DNA from: a bacterium
GTDB taxonomy: Bacteria; Patescibacteriota; Minisyncoccia; Phycocordibacterales; UBA12088
Direction: 5' to 3'
DNA length: 36,490 nucleotides
NCBI GenBank assembly: GCA_003252295.1
Contig: QKEV01000004.1
Coordinates: forward strand, 1 to 36,490
Shown: in pieces, positions 32,568-36,490 of the stretch
How the letters are laid out: each line of letters begins with the position of its first letter
How positions within the stretch are numbered: the stretch's first letter is position 1
Made by a program: the position numbers and the translations under genes
Notes under the pieces: model-generated
Databases searched by the model: none
What the model saw: the letters and a program-made list of their open reading frames with translations, nothing else
Told to the model about the DNA's origin: nothing

Positions 32568-34592
32568 ATGTCATCTCAACCTGCGCGAAGAAAAACCTCC
32601 ACAAATTCGCGAAACAACAATAGGCGACCATCTATACGAACGCTTGATGATACAGGTGCAAATTCATCGGCACCACAAGGTGAAAAGACGGCTAAGTCTG
32701 ATGCATCCACATCACGCACTAGACGCTCTCGACCGTATGTAGCACATGGACCAGGTGTTCGTGGTGCTACCAAAAAGAACACACCTGCAAAAAAGAATGT
32801 ACGAAAAACTGCTAAGAAAGGTGGCAGGAATGTTACCAAGTACAACTCAAAGCTACCAAGCAAAGCACCACTCAATAACCTTCCAGCAAAAAAACTCGAT
32901 GTATACATTCCACCGGTACCAAAGAACGGTGTTCGTGTCATACCACTTGGTGGTGTAGAAGAGGTGGGAAAAAACATGATCATTGTAGAAACCCCCGAAG
33001 ACATCATTGTCTGTGACGCTGGTTTCCAATTTATCTCTGATGAAGAGTCACCAGGTGTTGACTACATCCTTCCAAATACACGCTACCTTGAAGACCGTAA
33101 AGATAAGGTTCGGGCTATCGTGATTACTCACGGTCACCTCGATCATATAGGTGGACTTCCCTACATCCTTGAACGCCTCGGTAATCCACCAGTGTACTGC
33201 ACAGAGGTAACAGCGTTACTTGTTAAAAAACGTCAGGAAGAATTCCCACACCTGCCAAAACCAGACATTAAGGTTGTTGACCGTATCTCAAAGGCAACCA
33301 TGGGAAGTACGATTGTACGCTTCTTCCCCGTTACTCACTCTATCTCCGATTCATGCGGTGTTATTGTTGAAACAGAATTTGGAAATATTGTAGTTTCAGG
33401 TGACCTTAAACTTGAACACGAAGATGGTATACCAAGTACACGTGAGCAGAAAACTTGGTCTTCAGTCGGCAAGGGTAAGAACATACTCCTTTTTGCTGAT
33501 AGTACGAATGCTGAAAAAGATGGGTTTTCAATTCCCGAATCAAAGGTAAACACTACCCTTGAAGAGATCATTCGTGGTGTACAAGGACGTCTCATTATTG
33601 GCACCTTCGCTAGTCAGTTTGAACGACTCATTCACATCATTACCGTATGTGAGAAGCTCAACAAAAAAGTTGTTACAGAGGGACGTTCTATTAAGACTAA
33701 TGTTGAGATAGCAAAGCTTGCAAAACGGCTTAACGTAAAACCAACAACCTTCATTACACCAGATCAGATAAGTGACTACCCTGCTGAACGTATTGTCATT
33801 CTTGCAACTGGTGCACAAGGTGAGGAGTTTGCTGCACTTATGCGTATTGCGACAAAGAAACACCGCTTCATAACACTCAGTGACCGTGACACGGTTGTAC
33901 TTTCAAGTTCTATCATTCCTGGAAATGAAATATCAGTACAGCACCTCAAAGACAATCTCTACCGACATGGTGTTCGACTCATCCACTACCGTGCAAGCGA
34001 TGTTCACTCTACTGGTCACGGAAATACTGGTGAACTCGTATGGATCCGTAAACAGGTAAATCCAAAGTTCTTCATGCCAGGCTACGGCTACCACTCCATG
34101 CTTCGCTGTCACGCACAAGCAAACATTGATGCTGGTTTTCCAAAAGAAAATGTCATCATTCCTGATAACGGCACTATTGTTGATTTTATAGAAGGTAAAG
34201 AAGCAAAGGTACTCGACGTACGTGCTCCACACTCAACCATGATGGTAGACGGACTCTCTGTGGGCGACATGCAGGATGTTGTGATACGAGATCGAAGGAC
34301 ACTCGCTCAGGATGGTATGTTTGTTATCATCGCAACTGTAAATGCTCGCACCGGAGAACTGCGTAAATCACCAGATATTATTTCACGAGGATTTGTGTAC
34401 CTACGAGAGAGCCAAGAACTCTTGGGAGAAACACGAGTCATTGTAAAGAAAGCTATTTACGACACAACCAAAAACGCGAACCCGATAAACTTCGAGTACG
34501 TAAAGCAGAACATTGCTGAACAAGTTGGACGTTTCCTCCTACAAAAAACTAACAAGCGACCTATCGTCATCCCTGTGGTACTTGGGTTATAG
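32568..34592 (+). CDS. rnj: Ribonuclease J with a basic N-terminal extension
   Basis: IPLGGVEEVGKNM and ITHGHLDHIGGLPY (metallo-beta-lactamase HxHxDH), with beta-CASP and C-terminal domains. The core starts at about aa 121. Confidence 0.85.
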   Translation: MSSQPARRKTSTNSRNNNRRPSIRTLDDTGANSSAPQGEKTAKSDASTSRTRRSRPYVAHGPGVRGATKKNTPAKKNVRKTAKKGGRNVTKYNSKLPSKAPLNNLPAKKLDVYIPPVPKNGVRVIPLGGVEEVGKNMIIVETPEDIIVCDAGFQFISDEESPGVDYILPNTRYLEDRKDKVRAIVITHGHLDHIGGLPYILERLGNPPVYCTEVTALLVKKRQEEFPHLPKPDIKVVDRISKATMGSTIVRFFPVTHSISDSCGVIVETEFGNIVVSGDLKLEHEDGIPSTREQKTWSSVGKGKNILLFADSTNAEKDGFSIPESKVNTTLEEIIRGVQGRLIIGTFASQFERLIHIITVCEKLNKKVVTEGRSIKTNVEIAKLAKRLNVKPTTFITPDQISDYPAERIVILATGAQGEEFAALMRIATKKHRFITLSDRDTVVLSSSIIPGNEISVQHLKDNLYRHGVRLIHYRASDVHSTGHGNTGELVWIRKQVNPKFFMPGYGYHSMLRCHAQANIDAGFPKENVIIPDNGTIVDFIEGKEAKVLDVRAPHSTMMVDGLSVGDMQDVVIRDRRTLAQDGMFVIIATVNARTGELRKSPDIISRGFVYLRESQELLGETRVIVKKAIYDTTKNANPINFEYVKQNIAEQVGRFLLQKTNKRPIVIPVVLGL

Positions 34593-34599
34593 TTAGGTA

Positions 34600-35793
34600 A
34601 TGGAGTACATTTTACGACGTGTACATAGAGCAGGTATATTTGGTTGGCTCTATGTAATGACGCTCTTTCATGCGTTTCACTTTTACGCGGTACACTTTAT
34701 CAACTCAAGCTTCCTTGAAACCTACCTTTCGCAAGATCAGGTTGGTTTTATGGTTGCTGTTAGTAATGCTCTCACCCTAATCGTCCTCCTCACCACAGTC
34801 CTCTTCCTGAAGCAGATTGGTAACTACTACACAGCACTCATCGTTACTGGAATAAACTTCATTGCAACACTCGGACTTGCACTTATTACTGATATTGGAT
34901 GGGTCTTTATCTTCTACGTACTGCACACTATAATGCTCCCCGTTACCCTCTTTTGCTTTGATGTATTTATTGAAAGTTTTACAAAAGATGAAAGCACAAC
35001 AGGATCAATACGTGGTTTTTTTCTCACCATCTCTCTCTTTGCAGCACTCATTGCTCCAATCGTTTCTGGACAGATTGTTGGTGCTAGTAACAGCTACCGT
35101 TACGTATACCTAGCAGGTGCACTCTACCTCATCCCTGTTCTCACTCTGCTCGTCATACGTTTTCGAACCTTTACCGATCCTCAATACAACGTACTTTCTC
35201 TCTCTGAAATGGTACGTTCCCTCAGAAGCAATCGTGACATTTTCCATGTCACCATGGCTCATTTTTTTCTTCGCTTCTACTTCTCATGGATGGTGGTGTA
35301 CATGCCTATCTACCTCCATCAGGTCATAGGTTTCTCATGGGTGGACATTGGCTACATTCTCTTCTTCATGGTCATTCCTTACGTACTCATCGAGTACCCG
35401 GCAGGCATTATTGCTGACAGGTACCTTGGTGAGAAAGAGCTCATGGTGACCGGTTTTCTCATCACGGGAGTAACGACACTTGGTATATTCTTCCTCACAT
35501 CAACAAACATCCTTGTTTGGAGTCTCGCACTCTTCATGACCCGTGTCGGGTGTGCATTTGTTGAGAGCATGACTGAAACATACTTCTTCAAACAAATAGA
35601 TGGTGATGATACAAGCATCCTTTCAATCTTCAGAATGCTTCGCCCTCTCGCCTACACTGTTGGACCATTTAGTGCAGGTGTTCTCCTCTACTTTGTGAGC
35701 GGCAATATGGGACTTCAGTACCTCTGGCTTATTCTCGGTATCTTCACCTTCTTTGGCATCATCAACGCCGTATCACTCAAAGACAGTCGTTAG
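34600..35793 (+). CDS. MFS transporter (about 12 TM)
   Basis: ORF track. Repeated hydrophobic helices, with an AGIIADRYLGEKE motif-A-like loop in the second half. Confidence 0.75.
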   Translation: MEYILRRVHRAGIFGWLYVMTLFHAFHFYAVHFINSSFLETYLSQDQVGFMVAVSNALTLIVLLTTVLFLKQIGNYYTALIVTGINFIATLGLALITDIGWVFIFYVLHTIMLPVTLFCFDVFIESFTKDESTTGSIRGFFLTISLFAALIAPIVSGQIVGASNSYRYVYLAGALYLIPVLTLLVIRFRTFTDPQYNVLSLSEMVRSLRSNRDIFHVTMAHFFLRFYFSWMVVYMPIYLHQVIGFSWVDIGYILFFMVIPYVLIEYPAGIIADRYLGEKELMVTGFLITGVTTLGIFFLTSTNILVWSLALFMTRVGCAFVESMTETYFFKQIDGDDTSILSIFRMLRPLAYTVGPFSAGVLLYFVSGNMGLQYLWLILGIFTFFGIINAVSLKDSR

Positions 35794-35805
35794 TTACTTC
35801 AAATA

Positions 35806-35840
35806 ATCCTGTATGAAAGAACCCTTCTTTCATACAGGAT
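35806..35840. terminator. 15-bp stem hairpin between convergent genes
   Basis: ATCCTGTATGAAAGA - ACCCT - TCTTTCATACAGGAT. It has no strong T tract. Confidence 0.5.
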
Positions 35841-35850
35841 ATATTGTGTT

Positions 35851-35890
35851 AATTAGGTATGTAATTAATTATATACCTAATTACATACCT
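35851..35890. repeat. AT-rich nested inverted repeats
   Basis: AGGTATGTAATTA (35855-35867) pairs with TAATTACATACCT (35878-35890). An alternative pairing is AATTAGGTAT (35851-35860) with ATACCTAATT (35873-35882). Confidence 0.5.
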
Positions 35891-35902
35891 GTTTGGCGAG
35901 GA

Positions 35903-36490
35903 TTATGCCTGTGGTGCATCTTCCGGTACTGACGATACCTCTTGAGTTGGTTCCTCCCCTGTTGTGGCTACCGGTGTGGTGTTGTCGGTGGTTACCTCTA
36001 TGTTGGTAGGGGTGTCAGGGGTGTCGGTATTAGTTGACGTGTCGGTTGGTACCTCCTCCGTCGTAGTGTCGGTTGGTGTGTCGGTCACTGGTACCTCAGT
36101 GGTAGTGTCAGCTGGTGTGTCAGGGGTTGTGGTGTCTGTTGGAACCTCTTCGGTGGTGGTATCAGTAGTACCTTCTACTGTATCAGTAGTGGTATCTGCG
36201 GTATCAGTTGGAGTCGTATCAGGAACCATCACCTGTTCCTCTTCCTCTATGAGTGTGTCGGTTGGAGGTGCTGCCTCACAGTAACCCTGTGTTTCTACAA
36301 AACTATTGTCTACCACACGAACACAGTATGGCACTCCATTCGCCTTATCATACAACTGTATACCTGTCGGTAACTCTTCAGTACCAACCGTAAGTTCATC
36401 AGTGAAGAAGGACTTAAAGGATACGATTTGGTCTCCAATGTTCACCCCGAAGTCTTTCAATCCATCAATCACAATAGCCACCAGTGAGTT
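35903..36490 (-). CDS. Thr/Asp/Pro-rich repeat protein (probably secreted or surface), N-terminus outside window
   Basis: The track ORF starts at GTG 36481, but the frame stays open to the window edge. Degenerate TDTTTEEVPTDT-type repeats. Confidence 0.55.
   Translation of the reverse strand, partial: NSLVAIVIDGLKDFGVNIGDQIVSFKSFFTDELTVGTEELPTGIQLYDKANGVPYCVRVVDNSFVETQGYCEAAPPTDTLIEEEEQVMVPDTTPTDTADTTTDTVEGTTDTTTEEVPTDTTTPDTPADTTTEVPVTDTPTDTTTEEVPTDTSTNTDTPDTPTNIEVTTDNTTPVATTGEEPTQEVSSVPEDAPQA

Noticed and set aside
28278-33863. Overlapping or antisense ORFs within the tkt, rpe, rpiB, gap and rnj genes (for example 28309-28641, 29281-29622, 30114-30422, 31722-32156, 32576-33007 and 33540-33863).
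   Set aside because: Each is out of frame or antisense to a gene with clear family motifs, and there is no independent support for any of them.

Overview
This window looks like a chromosomal segment from a small-genome, moderately AT-rich bacterium. The gene content resembles Patescibacteria/CPR: split transketolase, RpiB, a trimmed F-type ATPase and many small membrane-anchored hypotheticals. That placement is inference only.

From about 5.4 kb to the end the window is mostly housekeeping:
- HD and Nudix hydrolases, tyrS, leuS and ychF.
- A complete atpBEFHAGDC operon.
- A gap-rpiB-rpe-transketolase block.
- RNase J and MFS transporters.
- Many short hypothetical or membrane ORFs.

The first ~5.3 kb is visibly more AT-rich and accessory-like. 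It holds a partial HTH/ImmA-like gene, a 2-TM protein and the main find: a compact graspetide-type RiPP locus on the minus strand.

The RiPP locus has three parts:
- A 47-codon precursor ORF (3912-4055) that falls below the ORF-track size cutoff. It has a PFxxxF leader motif and a Thr/Asp/Cys-rich core.
- A strong intercistronic stem-loop.
- An MdnC/MvdD-like ATP-grasp macrocyclase, split into two ORFs by an ATGA overlap.

The locus is bracketed by two diverged copies of a ~95-nt element (1826-1920 and 4169-4262). Each copy has near-identical arms around a hypervariable, self-complementary 15-nt block, and each is followed by its own intrinsic terminator. An identical 22-nt motif (tandem GTCACTTTT) sits in two divergent promoter regions.

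Other notable points:
- A ~140-aa Nudix-like insertion inside LeuRS.
- A 131-bp element with perfect 18-bp inverted termini after ychF.
- A basic N-terminal extension on RNase J.
- A sub-threshold AbrB-like ORF next to a perfect 40-bp palindrome.

I recognised no rRNA, tRNA, CRISPR array, transposase, integrase or reverse transcriptase.
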